A stretch of 64,000 nucleotides of DNA from Candidatus Bathyarchaeota archaeon (GTDB lineage: Archaea; Thermoproteota; Bathyarchaeia; Bathyarchaeales; Bathycorpusculaceae), in the NCBI GenBank assembly GCA_016927015.1, contig JAFGNM010000117.1:29182-93181 (forward strand), read 5' to 3'. How positions within the stretch are numbered: position 1 is the stretch's first letter; each line of letters begins with the position of its first letter. The notes beneath the pieces are model-generated. The model was not told the DNA's origin. It did no database searches and saw nothing but the letters and a program-made list of their open reading frames with translations. This document shows, piece after piece, positions 1 to 10,530 of this stretch. A program made the position numbers and the translations under genes.

Positions 1-1013
1 TCACGTGGTTTTGAGGAAAACCATTTAATTGTTCTTCTAAGTCCATCTTCAAACTTAACTTGCGGCTTCCATCCCACAAGCGCGTCTAATTTGCTCATGT
101 ATGGGCATCTTCTTTTCGGGTCATCCTTCGGCAAAGGATGAAAAGTCACAGGAGACTTGCACTTAGTTATCTCTTTAATCCTCTTTGCTAACTCTAGAAT
201 AGTCATTTCTTTGGAGTTTCCGATATTTACTACTTCACCTTTTGCTTTTTCATTGGTTGTCAGCAACATCAAACCCGTAACTGTGTCAGTTATGTAGCAG
301 AATGATCTGGTCTGTTTTCCATCTCCATACACTGTTATAGCGTCATTTGCCCTCGCCTGAGCTATGAAACGGGACATCGCTCTTCCATATAATCCATCCT
401 CTCTCAAACGTGGACCGTACGAATTGAAAATTCTAGGAATCTTCACATCCAATCCATACTGTTTGTGGTAAGCTACAAGCAAAGCTTCCGCGAAGCGTTT
501 GCCCTCGTCATAGCATGACCTAGGCCCAATTGGGTTTACTTTTCCCCAATAACTCTCAGGTGTAGGCACAACTTCAGCGTCACCATAAACTTCCGAAGTG
601 GAAGCAAACAAAAGAGTGGCATCATTCTTTCTAGCTAACTCTGCCATGTTAGCGCTGCCAAAGGCGCTAGTTTGTAACGTTTCAATTGGATGAATTTGGT
701 ACTCGTCAGGGGAAGCATGCCCTGCCATGTGAAGAATGAATTCGATTTTTTCTTTGTTCTTGAAGGTGCAAACGTCACATTTTACAAATTTGAACTTTGG
801 GTTTTTTGTGAGGTGGTCGATATTTTTCATTCTTCCTGTCGATAAATCATCCACCGCCACTACTTTGGCGCCTAAGCTGATAAATACATCACAGAGCCAA
901 CTGCCAATGAATCCGGCGCCTCCCGTGACAAGCACATTTTTTCCAGCGAATTTGTCTTCTTTTACAAGTTTTTTGATATTCTCAAGGTCTTCTAGAATTA
1001 TGTCATCTATCAC
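1..1013 (-). CDS. NAD-dependent epimerase/dehydratase, UDP-glucuronate decarboxylase (UDP-xylose synthase)-like; runs off the left window edge
   Basis: Manual translation from GTG at 1013 (overlaps galU stop): VLVTGGAGFIGSW, FASTSEVYGD, YDEGKRFAE, RIFNSYGPR, TRSFCYITD. Absent from the ORF track because there is no stop in the window. Confidence 0.85.
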   Translation of the reverse strand, partial: MIDDIILEDLENIKKLVKEDKFAGKNVLVTGGAGFIGSWLCDVFISLGAKVVAVDDLSTGRMKNIDHLTKNPKFKFVKCDVCTFKNKEKIEFILHMAGHASPDEYQIHPIETLQTSAFGSANMAELARKNDATLLFASTSEVYGDAEVVPTPESYWGKVNPIGPRSCYDEGKRFAEALLVAYHKQYGLDVKIPRIFNSYGPRLREDGLYGRAMSRFIAQARANDAITVYGDGKQTRSFCYITDTVTGLMLLTTNEKAKGEVVNIGNSKEMTILELAKRIKEITKCKSPVTFHPLPKDDPKRRCPYMSKLDALVGWKPQVKFEDGLRRTIKWFSSKPR

Positions 1014-1879
1014 TATTTGGATCTCCTGCACAAACGATTGTATGATAACGATAACGCGTCCCAATATCTTTCAGGGCTACCTATATCCAAATGAGCGTAA
1101 CTTTTATCCAATTTAACTGCGTATACGTTTAGTCCCCAGTCAATAAGTTTCTGAATTGCATCTGTTAGCTGGACTTCCTGGTTTTTTCCGGCTTGGGTCG
1201 CCTCTAATGCCTTAAAAATAATTGGGTGGAAGACATACATCGCCATGATTGCCAAATTAGTTGGTGGTTTATCTGGTTTTTCGACCGCGGTTTTAACCTT
1301 TAAAACTCCGTCTTCTACTTCGTCTCCTTCAATGATTCCGTATTGCCGAGGGTTCTCAATCTCCAATACAATAAACGCTGCGTCCGCCTTAAACCGTTCA
1401 TATACATTTAGCAACTTTTTGATGTAATCCATATCCTTAGATATTATGACGCTGTCGCCAGCATGCACCAGACAAGGCTCGTTTTGGACAAAAGGCTGTG
1501 CCATCAGAACTGCGTTGCCGAATCCTTTAGGCTCAGGCTGATTAACCCACATAATATTTGAAGTTTCGAGTTTTTCGTAGAAACCTTCAAGGTCCGTAGC
1601 TTGACCGTTCTTACCCATACCTTCAAGCGTTCTAATGCACTTATCGTCAGGAGTGAAATGGTCCTCTATGCCTCGCTTTCCCCTGCCAACAATGTAACAA
1701 AACTCCCGAAGCCCAGCATTGTACACTTGCTCAAAAACCATCTGTACCACAGGCTTCACTGATATGCTCCCATCGGCAGTCACAGAAAATATTGGCAGCA
1801 TCTCCTTAGGCTGCTCCTTAGTGGCTGGGAATAAACGTGTTCCCAAACCAGCCGCGGGAATCACAACTTTGCGAATCAT
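1013..1879 (-). CDS. galU: UTP--glucose-1-phosphate uridylyltransferase
   Basis: VIPAAGLGTRLFPATKEQPKEMLP, QPEPKGFGNAV, VEKP motifs. Confidence 0.85.
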   Translation of the reverse strand: MIRKVVIPAAGLGTRLFPATKEQPKEMLPIFSVTADGSISVKPVVQMVFEQVYNAGLREFCYIVGRGKRGIEDHFTPDDKCIRTLEGMGKNGQATDLEGFYEKLETSNIMWVNQPEPKGFGNAVLMAQPFVQNEPCLVHAGDSVIISKDMDYIKKLLNVYERFKADAAFIVLEIENPRQYGIIEGDEVEDGVLKVKTAVEKPDKPPTNLAIMAMYVFHPIIFKALEATQAGKNQEVQLTDAIQKLIDWGLNVYAVKLDKSYAHLDIGSPERYWDALSLSYNRLCRRSK

Positions 1880-1973
1880 TAAATCTCCTCTTCCACACTT
1901 TTCTGAGACAACTAATATATATTTAATGTGAAGATTGAAACTGAATTATTATACGCATCTGAGCGTGATTGGC

Positions 1974-3317
1974 TTGAAGAAACCAAAAATATCAGTTATA
2001 GGTGTAGGTTATGTTGGCCTGTGTACGGCTGTTGGCTTCGCAAGCAAAGGATACACGGTCATAGCTTCCGATAATGTGGCTGAAAAGGCTACCAAAATAA
2101 ACAAAGGAATCCCGATATTCCATGAACCTGGTCTGCAAAACCTGCTTGAAGAAGCCGTTGAGAATGGTCGGCTTAAATGTTTAATCAACCAGACAGAAAA
2201 AGCAGTTTTCGACACAGATCTGACTTTTGTTGCTGTGGGCACTCCAAGTAACTCCGATGGCAGCATAAACCTTCAATTTACGGAATTAGCCGCGCATGAT
2301 GTTGGCAAGGCATTGAACAAAAAAGACGCGTATCATGTTGTGGTGATAAAAAGCACCGTCGTTCCTGGAACAACACAAGACATAGTTAAGCCAATCCTCG
2401 AAAAAGAATCGAAGAAGAAGTGTGGGTCAGGCTTCGGTTTATGCATGAACCCCGAATTCCTTCGCCAAGGCTCTGCCTTCGAGGACACAATGCACGCAGA
2501 CCGCCTAGTAATAGGTGAATATGACAAGAAATCTGGTGATGCTCTGGAAAGTCTATACGAAGAATTCTACGGCAAAAATATGCCGCCTACAGTTCACACT
2601 TCTCTTTCAACCGCCGAGCTTATCAAATATGCTAGCAACTCATTGCTTGCCACTAAAATCAGTTTTATCAACATGATTGCGAACTTATGCGAAAAGCTTC
2701 CCGGTGCAGACGTAAAAGTCGTGGCTAATGCTGTGGGGTTGGATAAAAGGATTGGTCCACTATTTCTAAATGCTGGTTTGGGCTACGGCGGCTCATGCTT
2801 TCCGAAAGATGTAAAGGCTCTGATAGCCTGTTCTAAAAATCTTGGTTATCGTCTTAGCCTTCTAGAAGAAGTCGAAAGTGTGAACGAAGTCCAGCCTCTG
2901 AGAGCTGTTGAGTTCTGCAAAGAGCTGCTCGGAAACAATCTCACAGGCAAGCACGTGGCAATTCTCGGTTTAGCGTTCAAAGCAAACACTGACGACATGA
3001 GAGAAGCCCGAGTGATTCCAATAATAAACCAACTAATAAAAGAAGGCGCAAACGTAACTGCCTACGACCCTGTTGCCACCCCAACTGCAAAAACCATTTT
3101 CCAAAATAAAATCCAATACGCGAACTCGGCAATAGCCTGCCTCAAGAACGCTGACTGCTGCATCCTCGTCACCGAATGGGAAGAATTCAAAAAACTTACG
3201 CCGGCAGATTTCACCAAAAACATGAAGCAACCCATACTCATCGACGGTAGAAGAATCTACAACCCAGAAACGTTCAGCAAAAAACTCAAGTTCACCGCCA
3301 TAGGACTTGGCAAGTAA
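1974..3317 (+). CDS. ugd: UDP-glucose 6-dehydrogenase
   Basis: IGVGYVG, KSTVVPGT, NPEFLRQG, GYGGSCFPKD, GLAFKANTDDMRE. Likely TTG start at 1974 (ORF open from 1935). Confidence 0.9.
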   Translation: MKKPKISVIGVGYVGLCTAVGFASKGYTVIASDNVAEKATKINKGIPIFHEPGLQNLLEEAVENGRLKCLINQTEKAVFDTDLTFVAVGTPSNSDGSINLQFTELAAHDVGKALNKKDAYHVVVIKSTVVPGTTQDIVKPILEKESKKKCGSGFGLCMNPEFLRQGSAFEDTMHADRLVIGEYDKKSGDALESLYEEFYGKNMPPTVHTSLSTAELIKYASNSLLATKISFINMIANLCEKLPGADVKVVANAVGLDKRIGPLFLNAGLGYGGSCFPKDVKALIACSKNLGYRLSLLEEVESVNEVQPLRAVEFCKELLGNNLTGKHVAILGLAFKANTDDMREARVIPIINQLIKEGANVTAYDPVATPTAKTIFQNKIQYANSAIACLKNADCCILVTEWEEFKKLTPADFTKNMKQPILIDGRRIYNPETFSKKLKFTAIGLGK

Positions 3318-3504
3318 ACTCTGGCATTAGCCGAATCAACAAGATGAGTGTTCGATGTGATGACTGAAAAGTTCTTCGTATGTGTAGATGGAGTCTAAAT
3401 TAAAGATGGGAAACTCGCTTTTGGAGCTTTAGGAAAACGTCTTTAACAGGAAAATCGCACAAGTCTTAATATTAACTGGTCATTAAAAGGATTCAGGGGT
3501 CTGT

Positions 3505-4563
3505 ATGAAAGCACTTGTGCTCAGCGGCGGTAAAGGCACTAGATTGCGACCTTTAACCTTCACGTGCGCCAAACAGCTTATTCCAGTGGCTAACAAACCC
3601 ATCTTGGGTTACGTGCTTGATCAAGTGGCGGCAACTGGCATAAAGAAAGTCGGCGTTATTACTGCTCCAGAAACCGGCCAGTATGTTGAAGATTACGTTA
3701 GCGACGGTTCAAAATGGGCCCTAAGTGTTGACTATATTTCTCAGGAGCCTCTTGGTTTGGCGCATGCGGTTAAAACTGCGCAGCCATTTCTCGCTCAGGA
3801 CTCTTTTGTTATGTGTTTGGGCGATAACGTGACTGGTCAAGGCTTGAACGCTTTTGTCCAGAAGTTCCAGAAAGAGCGTCTTGACGCTCTTATTATCCTG
3901 AAGGAAGTGGATAATCCCTCAAGCTTCGGTATAGCCCAACTGGATAATGAGGGCAACATTGTTAGGCTGGTGGAGAAGCCTAAAACGCCGATGGGGAATC
4001 TTGCCATAATCGGAACGTACCTTTTCTCCAACAAGGTGCACAAGGCTATAGCGCGCATAAAGCCTTCGTGGCGGGGCGAACTCGAAATAACCGATGCTGT
4101 CCAAGAAATGATAAACATGGGCTTCACGGTCAAGGCTGAAATCCTCAATTCATGGTGGCTGGACACGGGCAAAAAAGACGACATACTCTCAGCTAACGCC
4201 AAAATACTAGACGAGTACATAGAGCGTGACATCAAAGGCAACGTAGCAGATAGTACCATAGACGGGCGGGTCAAAGTGGAAGCCAGCGCAAAGGTAGTTA
4301 ACAGCACAGTCAGAGGACCCTGCATAATAGGAAAAAACGCTTTAATCGAGAACTCTTTCATAGGTCCTTATACGAGCATTGGCGACAACTCCAAAATCTT
4401 GAACTCTAACCTCGAATACTGCGTTACATTGGAAAACGTTATCGTAACAGATGTAGAACGGTTAGAAGACAGCCTAATTGGCAAGAACGCAAAAGTAACC
4501 AAAAACCAAAAAAACAGAACAATCAAACTTCATATAGGCGATTACTCAGAAGTGGAAGTCTAA
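3505..4563 (+). CDS. rmlA: Glucose-1-phosphate thymidylyltransferase (long form)
   Basis: LSGGKGTRLRPLT, KQLIPVANKP, RGELEITDA, WWLDTG, C-terminal hexapeptide repeats; first gene of the rml cluster. Confidence 0.9.
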   Translation: MKALVLSGGKGTRLRPLTFTCAKQLIPVANKPILGYVLDQVAATGIKKVGVITAPETGQYVEDYVSDGSKWALSVDYISQEPLGLAHAVKTAQPFLAQDSFVMCLGDNVTGQGLNAFVQKFQKERLDALIILKEVDNPSSFGIAQLDNEGNIVRLVEKPKTPMGNLAIIGTYLFSNKVHKAIARIKPSWRGELEITDAVQEMINMGFTVKAEILNSWWLDTGKKDDILSANAKILDEYIERDIKGNVADSTIDGRVKVEASAKVVNSTVRGPCIIGKNALIENSFIGPYTSIGDNSKILNSNLEYCVTLENVIVTDVERLEDSLIGKNAKVTKNQKNRTIKLHIGDYSEVEV

Positions 4564-4653
4564 CGACGCGCCGCATGGACCCAAAAATAACAACCATTAT
4601 AAAATATTCCCCAGAAATATGATTCCAGACAAAAACAAAACTTGGAAAAAACC

Positions 4654-5157
4654 ATGTTAAAAGGAATAACGATCAAACCAACGAAGCGCTTTTCAGACGA
4701 GAGAGGCTTCTTCACAGAAGTAATGCGTAACGACTGGAAAGACGTTTTCGCAGAAGATAAAGTCGCACAGGCAAACCTTTCAGTAACATATCCCGGTGTT
4801 ATCCGAGCTTGGCACAGACATCTGAGAGGGCAAACAGACTACTTCATAGCCCTGAAAGGAGCCATAAAAATATGTGCCTACGACGAAAAAACTGAAGAAC
4901 TGGACGAGATAGTCTCCACTGGCCAAGATATGCAAGTAGTTCGCATGCCCGGTCATTATTGGCACGGCTTTAAAGCCGTTGGCAACGAGCCGGCAATGCT
5001 GCTTTACTTCACTACAAACTTGTACGATTATGCAAATCCAGATGAGGAGCGCAGAGCTTGGAACGACCCGACTCTCATACCAAAGTCTATAAACGGAAAA
5101 GCAGACGACCCACGCGTCGGCAAACCTTGGGATTGGAACCAACCACCTCATAAGTGA
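4654..5157 (+). CDS. rmlC: dTDP-4-dehydrorhamnose 3,5-epimerase
   Basis: DERGFFTE, GVIRAWHRH, WHGF cupin motifs. Confidence 0.88.
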   Translation: MLKGITIKPTKRFSDERGFFTEVMRNDWKDVFAEDKVAQANLSVTYPGVIRAWHRHLRGQTDYFIALKGAIKICAYDEKTEELDEIVSTGQDMQVVRMPGHYWHGFKAVGNEPAMLLYFTTNLYDYANPDEERRAWNDPTLIPKSINGKADDPRVGKPWDWNQPPHK

Positions 5158-5162
5158 AAAGT

Positions 5163-6170
5163 ATGAAACTTCTCGTAACCGGCGGCTTAGGCTTCATCGG
5201 AAGCAACTTCTGCAGGTACATACTCAATAAGCACTCTGAATATGAGCTGACAAACTTAGACAAGGTTGGTATAGGCGCCAACCCTGCAAATTTGCGCGAT
5301 ATAGAGAACGACAAAAGGTACACTTTCATAAAAGGCGACATCTGCAACCCTCAGCTTCTAAACAAAATAATCCGGGATGTGGATGCCGTCGTGAACATCG
5401 CGGCGGAAACTCATGTAGACCGAAGTATAGCTGATCCATACATGTTCCTTCAAAACAACACGGTAGGCACTTTCACCATCTTAGAGGCTATAAGAAAACG
5501 CAACGAAAAAGCCCGATTAGTTCACGTGTCAACCGACGAAGTCTATGGTCAAGCGCTCGAGGGGTCGTTCACAGAAGACACCCCGACCAACCCATCGAAC
5601 CCCTATTCAGCCTCAAAAGCCGCAGCAGACATGTTTGTATTATCTTACCATAAAACCTACGACTTGGACGTATCCATCACGAGATGTACAAACAACTTTG
5701 GACCTTACCAACTCCCAGAAAAACTTATCCCCAAAACTGTTATCCGCGCGCTAAGGAACCTTCCCATACCAATCTACGGCTCAGGAACCAACATCCGTGA
5801 CTGGATTTACGCGCAAGATCACTGTGAAGCCATAGACGCCGTTCTGCAGGGAGGAAAAGCTGGTGAAGTGTATAACGTCTCTGCTGGAAATGAGATTCCC
5901 AATATTGAAATCGCCAAAAAAATCTTGGCTATACTGCACAAACCAGAAAGTTTGATAACTTTTGTGGAAGACCGCCCAGGTCATGATGTAAGATATAGTT
6001 TGGATTCAACGAAAACACGATCCATGCTAGGGTGGCAACCCAAGTTTTCTTTCAAGCAATCACTGGAATCAACCATACGATGGTACGTTGAAAATGAACA
6101 ATGGTGGACCCCGCTCGCCACAGAAGCCATTCTCCATCCGACACCGTGGAAACAAAGGGGTGCAAATTGA
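5163..6170 (+). CDS. rmlB: dTDP-glucose 4,6-dehydratase
   Basis: TGGLGFIGSNF, AAETHVDRSI, VSTDEVYG, PYSASKA, DRPGHDVRY. Confidence 0.93.
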   Translation: MKLLVTGGLGFIGSNFCRYILNKHSEYELTNLDKVGIGANPANLRDIENDKRYTFIKGDICNPQLLNKIIRDVDAVVNIAAETHVDRSIADPYMFLQNNTVGTFTILEAIRKRNEKARLVHVSTDEVYGQALEGSFTEDTPTNPSNPYSASKAAADMFVLSYHKTYDLDVSITRCTNNFGPYQLPEKLIPKTVIRALRNLPIPIYGSGTNIRDWIYAQDHCEAIDAVLQGGKAGEVYNVSAGNEIPNIEIAKKILAILHKPESLITFVEDRPGHDVRYSLDSTKTRSMLGWQPKFSFKQSLESTIRWYVENEQWWTPLATEAILHPTPWKQRGAN

Positions 6171-7087
6171 AACTCCTTATCACAGGCGCAAGCGGTCTAT
6201 ATGGTTCAAAACTAGCTGAGCTGGCTACAGCAAGGAATTACAAGGTCTACTCTGGATACAGCCGAGACCAACCTGCTTACGGCGCTCCTATTCAGTTTGA
6301 TGTTTCAGACAAAAATCAGGTCGAAGAAGCATTCAAAAAAGCTAATCCAGAGGTCGTGGTGCATGCTGCCGCGTTAACTGATGTTGACAAATGTGAAATA
6401 AACAAAGAACTTGCTTGGAAAATAAACGTTGAAGGCACTAGAAACATTGCTGAAGCAGTTAAAACAAGCCGCGCTTTTCTAATCTACATATCCACAGACT
6501 ACGTATTCAACGGTGAAACAGGACGATATAGGGAGACTGACAGGCCCGACCCAATCAATTATTATGGTCTCACCAAGTTAAAAGCCGAAGAACTCGTTAA
6601 AGACTTGATTGGCGAATACTGCGTAGCAAGAGGCAGCGTCATTTATGGCTCAACTCCCGCAGCAGGCAAAGTCAACTTCGCCTTGTGGGTGCTCAATAAA
6701 CTCAAAAGGAACGAACAAGCGAAAATTGTAACTGACCAGTGGAACTCACCCACTTTGAACACAAACTTGGCTTATATGACGCTGGAAATCATTGAAAGTA
6801 AACTAACTGGAACCTTTCACCTCTCTGGAGCTACACGCATAAACCGATACGACTTTGCCAAACAAATAGCCAAAACTTTCAACTTGGATGCAACCTTGAT
6901 AAGCCCCAGTACATCAGCCGAGTTCTCATGGACCGCCAAAAGACCAAGAGACTCCTCACTTAACACTACAAAAGCTCAACAAACACTAAAAAGCAAACCA
7001 CTACAAATCAAGCAGGCAGTAAAAAGAATGAAACAGGAACTAACACAACTTCCTAAAGTTGCCCAGCCAGACCGCGTAGAAACTTGA
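6167..7087 (+). CDS. rmlD: dTDP-4-dehydrorhamnose reductase
   Basis: ITGASGLYG, AALTDVDKCE, YISTDYVFNG, YYGLTKL, RPRDSSL. TTG start overlaps the rmlB stop. Confidence 0.9.
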   Translation: MKLLITGASGLYGSKLAELATARNYKVYSGYSRDQPAYGAPIQFDVSDKNQVEEAFKKANPEVVVHAAALTDVDKCEINKELAWKINVEGTRNIAEAVKTSRAFLIYISTDYVFNGETGRYRETDRPDPINYYGLTKLKAEELVKDLIGEYCVARGSVIYGSTPAAGKVNFALWVLNKLKRNEQAKIVTDQWNSPTLNTNLAYMTLEIIESKLTGTFHLSGATRINRYDFAKQIAKTFNLDATLISPSTSAEFSWTAKRPRDSSLNTTKAQQTLKSKPLQIKQAVKRMKQELTQLPKVAQPDRVET

Positions 7088-7180
7088 CTTCGTACTTCCC
7101 AGCCTTGTAGCGCGCTTGAACGTGCTTTTTTTGCGTGAAAAGCATGCCCTAAAGCTCTCAAGGGTGAGAGACAGGATTTC

Positions 7181-7294
7181 ATTGCAAACTATGTGGTTGC
7201 TGACGCTGAGCATTTGCCTTTCAAGGGCGGCGTTTTTGATGTCGCCTTTTCCAGTCATGTGATTGAGCATGTTCATAATCCGTTTTTGATGTAA
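7181..7294 (+). pseudogene. Internal fragment of a class I SAM methyltransferase
   Basis: Manual translation IANYVVADAEHLPFKGGVFDVAFSSHVIEHVHNPFLM*; no N-terminal SAM-binding motif I, premature stop. Confidence 0.7.
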
Positions 7295-7443
7295 TGGCTA
7301 CTCAAGTCAAGTGTCAGCATAAGAGCAGAACATTGAAGGGAAATGTTAAATCGGTGGAGCATGCAAAGAGTTTAGCGCTGTTTAAGGAGAAATGGAGAAA
7401 AGCCTTGCCAGTTAGGACTACTACACGGATTGTGGAAGCTTGA
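7294..7443 (+). pseudogene. Possible C-terminal remnant of a GT2 glycosyltransferase
   Basis: MATQVKCQHKSRT...SLALFKEKWR resembles GT2 C-terminal 'H...F..KW' tails; stop overlaps the next start. Confidence 0.35.
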
Positions 7444-8612
7444 AGATATTATTTGTTAACGTTATTGATTTGGAGAACGCTATCCATAAACGATATTATC
7501 CGTTAGCGTTTGGCTATTTGACAAGTTATTGTCGTAAGAACGGAGTTGAGTTCGAACCTTGTTACGCTGAGAAGCTGAATGAGGATATTTTGCGGACTTT
7601 TCAGCCAGATGTGGTAGCCTTGACCAGCATAACTGAAAATTACAATCTTGCTTGTTCTTATGCACACACAGTCAAAAAATTTAATCCTAAAATTAAAGTC
7701 GTAATTGGAGGAGTTCACATCTCTGCTGTTCCAGAAAGCTTGAGCCCAAGAATGGCTGTTGGAGTTTTGGGTGAAGGAGAGCAGACTTTCATGGAGCTGG
7801 TTAAAGCAGACTTTGAACCAAACGACAACATAAAGGGAATTGTTTATTGGGAATCTAAAAGTCTTCATCAGACCGAAGAGAGACCTCTCATTGAACCTTT
7901 AGACAGTATTCCTCATCCAGACAGAAGTCTATTCGGATTTGAGAATAGACCTCAATACATTTTTACCAGTAGAGGTTGCTGCTACAGATGCAAATTCTGT
8001 TCTTCCAGCAGATTTTGGAAGAAAGTAAGGTTTCACAGTCCAGAATACGTTGCTGAGGAAATCAGGCAACTTGAGGAACTGTTCCACGTAAGCAACGTTA
8101 ACATCTATGATGACCTTTTCATTATGGATGCTGAAAGGGTAAAGCGGATAAGGGACTTGGTTAAGCCTTTTGGTTTAACGTATTCGGTTGCTGCACGGGC
8201 TAACCTCGTAACAGATGATGTTGTATCTGCGCTTAAGGATATGGGCGTGACCGCAATCGGAATAGGAATGGAAAGTCATTCACAGAGAATCTTGGACTAC
8301 TTAGGTAAAGGTAATACAGTGGAGGATAATCAGCGAGCAGTTGACATCATAAGAAAACATAACATTCATCTTCATTGTTCCTTCATCAAAGGTGTTCCAA
8401 TTGAAACTAAAGATGACTTGAAAAAAACCTACACGTTTATCCAGAAGAACAATATTGCTTGCGATTTGTATGAGCTCATGCGGTTTCCTAACACTCCCAT
8501 TTATGAGGGTTCAAAGGATTGGAACGCTTGCAAAGTTCAGTATGCCGAGATACCATCGTATTATAGGTTGAGGCGCTTCGTTTCAAGGCAATTGTATAAA
8601 TTGAAAAATTGA
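7440..8612 (+). CDS. B12-binding radical SAM protein (class B methyltransferase-like)
   Basis: N-terminal PLAFGYL...VVIGGVH...GEGE cobalamin-binding domain; TSRGCCYRCKFC (CxxxCxxC). Confidence 0.88.
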   Translation: MKILFVNVIDLENAIHKRYYPLAFGYLTSYCRKNGVEFEPCYAEKLNEDILRTFQPDVVALTSITENYNLACSYAHTVKKFNPKIKVVIGGVHISAVPESLSPRMAVGVLGEGEQTFMELVKADFEPNDNIKGIVYWESKSLHQTEERPLIEPLDSIPHPDRSLFGFENRPQYIFTSRGCCYRCKFCSSSRFWKKVRFHSPEYVAEEIRQLEELFHVSNVNIYDDLFIMDAERVKRIRDLVKPFGLTYSVAARANLVTDDVVSALKDMGVTAIGIGMESHSQRILDYLGKGNTVEDNQRAVDIIRKHNIHLHCSFIKGVPIETKDDLKKTYTFIQKNNIACDLYELMRFPNTPIYEGSKDWNACKVQYAEIPSYYRLRRFVSRQLYKLKN

Positions 8613-8637
8613 AGGCTAAAACAGAGTAAGCGCGCGC

Positions 8638-8690
8638 GAACCACCTGTATAAACAAAACATATAAACAAAACCCTCCACCCCACACACAG
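8638..8690 (-). repeat. Inverted copy of the leader of the RHH gene at 12609 (GTTTATA repeats plus SD-like GGTGGT)
   Basis: Reverse complement tttgtttatatgttttgtttatacaggtggtt vs tttgtttatacgttttgtttatacgggtggtt at 12575-12606. Confidence 0.75.
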
Positions 8691-8697
8691 ATATACG

Positions 8698-9759
8698 TCA
8701 CTGGTTTTGATTGCCCAGTGGCTTCGTGGCGCCAACATATTTTTTGAGCGAAAAGATTTCTTCGAAGGAGACGCCTAGCCAAACCACGCTTATAAATCCG
8801 AGGATGACAATCGGTAACAGCCCTACCAAATGGCTTGTTACTCCCATGGCAACAAGCGTTGTCTCTTCTGTAACGCTTAGCGCTAAGAAAATTAGTGCCC
8901 AGAAAATTTCATATGACCCTACGTAGCCTGGTGTGGCGGGTAGGATGTGTGAGAGTGACATGAGGGTTCCACCGAGAATTGCGGCTACAAAGGAGATGGG
9001 CTGATTAAACGCTATAAACGTGAAGTATGTTGCAGACGTGTAGATCAGCCATAGAATCCATGTTATTGACATGTTTGTGATGAACATTTTGGGGTTTTGG
9101 CTGAGTCCTTGTAATCCTTTGATTAGTGAACTTGCGAAATCTGCTATTCTGGTTGTGTATTTTTTAACGAAGGGGATTTTAGATGTGATTCGCGTCAGTA
9201 ACCTTATGATTAAGTCTTCTTTTTTGATGCCTGCAATTATGACTGCGAGTACCACGGCTATGAACACGGCTACCGCTGTGAAGATGTTTACGACTAGGCT
9301 GGACAGGCCTGCTTGGGCGGACACTAAAAACATGGTGACTATGCCTATGCTTAGCAGTCCTATCAGGTCTAAAGTGCGTTCCACAACTATGGAGGATAAG
9401 CCTGGAGCGAACCCTGTTCCTTCTTTCTCGCCTAAGATGTAGGCTCTGACGAATTCTCCGAGTCTTATTGGGATTAAGGTGTTGACCATGGAGCCGATGG
9501 CGGTGGACCAGAACGTGTTGCTGACGCGCACGGTCTTTTTGACGGGGTAAAGCAGGAGTTTCCAGCGGATGGCCCTTAGGATGTACGCGGGTAGGATGAC
9601 TGCGGCAGCTGCGGCAAGCCACAGCGGTGAGGCAGAGCCTATGGCTGCTCCTATTTCGTCTATTCCTGTCCACCAGATTAAGGCGACTAGTAGGAGGATG
9701 CCGACAATGAGAGAGACGCCGATTCTAATCGTGTTCTTTTTGTTGGAACCCAAGAGCAT
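8698..9759 (-). CDS. Lysylphosphatidylglycerol synthase TM-domain / flippase-like membrane protein
   Basis: LRAIRWKLLL, NTLIPIRLGEFVRAY, VVERTLD, PATPGYVGSYE family motifs; many TM helices. Confidence 0.85.
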   Translation of the reverse strand: MLLGSNKKNTIRIGVSLIVGILLLVALIWWTGIDEIGAAIGSASPLWLAAAAAVILPAYILRAIRWKLLLYPVKKTVRVSNTFWSTAIGSMVNTLIPIRLGEFVRAYILGEKEGTGFAPGLSSIVVERTLDLIGLLSIGIVTMFLVSAQAGLSSLVVNIFTAVAVFIAVVLAVIIAGIKKEDLIIRLLTRITSKIPFVKKYTTRIADFASSLIKGLQGLSQNPKMFITNMSITWILWLIYTSATYFTFIAFNQPISFVAAILGGTLMSLSHILPATPGYVGSYEIFWALIFLALSVTEETTLVAMGVTSHLVGLLPIVILGFISVVWLGVSFEEIFSLKKYVGATKPLGNQNQ

Positions 9760-9903
9760 CCACCTTAAATCTTGAATAAGCTGATGGATAATTATTAAAC
9801 GTATCCGATTCAGAGCATTTTTTGTAGCAGAGGTGATAGTGATTCTTGAATTAAGATTCTCAGTTCATAAGGCTTTTTTTGTGCCACATCTTTCTTTCTA
9901 AGG

Positions 9904-10521
9904 GTGGAAAATATGAGCTTAAAAAACATGCTTACTGGCAAATGGTTCGTTCGGTTAGTTATGATAAGCTGGATAATATGCGCAGTTTCTGTTATTGTTG
10001 TTTTTAGGAATATGGAACTAATAGTCCATGGGCAACTTTATGATTACGGTTTAGTCTTTAGTCCTGAATGGGCTGACGCTTATAGGGTTTTCACATGGTT
10101 GATTTTCGCGTGTTTAGGTCTGCCGATGGCGTTAAGCGGTATTGCTTTAGCTTCGACTTTTCTCAAAGTCGAGAGAATTCCGCAAAGAGCGAATATAGTT
10201 CCACAAAAGGCAGGGCCACCACGTGGGGTCGCCAACGTGGAGTCCCGACAAACCCAGCCAATCCAACAAACCCCGCAAACTCAGCAAACCGTTAAAGAAG
10301 CACCTAGCAGAGTTGATAACGGCAACTGTGTTGGAATTTCCTGCCCTGAATGCAAAAAAGTTTTTGGTAGGGCTCTGGTTATGCTAGATTTTCGCAGTGG
10401 ATCGAACCGAATGGTCAGCGTTTGCCCCTACTGCAATAATGTCTTGGGATACACGAGTGAAGAAAAAGGCAAAAATGAAAGCTTTCATGTTGCGACGCCC
10501 GACAAAAAAATAGTGCAGTGA
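9904..10521 (+). CDS. Two-TM membrane protein with Q/P-rich linker and C-terminal zinc ribbon
   Basis: IVHGQLYDYGLVFSPEWA loop between two TMs; CPECKK...CPYC. Confidence 0.7.
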   Translation: MENMSLKNMLTGKWFVRLVMISWIICAVSVIVVFRNMELIVHGQLYDYGLVFSPEWADAYRVFTWLIFACLGLPMALSGIALASTFLKVERIPQRANIVPQKAGPPRGVANVESRQTQPIQQTPQTQQTVKEAPSRVDNGNCVGISCPECKKVFGRALVMLDFRSGSNRMVSVCPYCNNVLGYTSEEKGKNESFHVATPDKKIVQ

Positions 10522-10530
10522 CTTCTTTAA

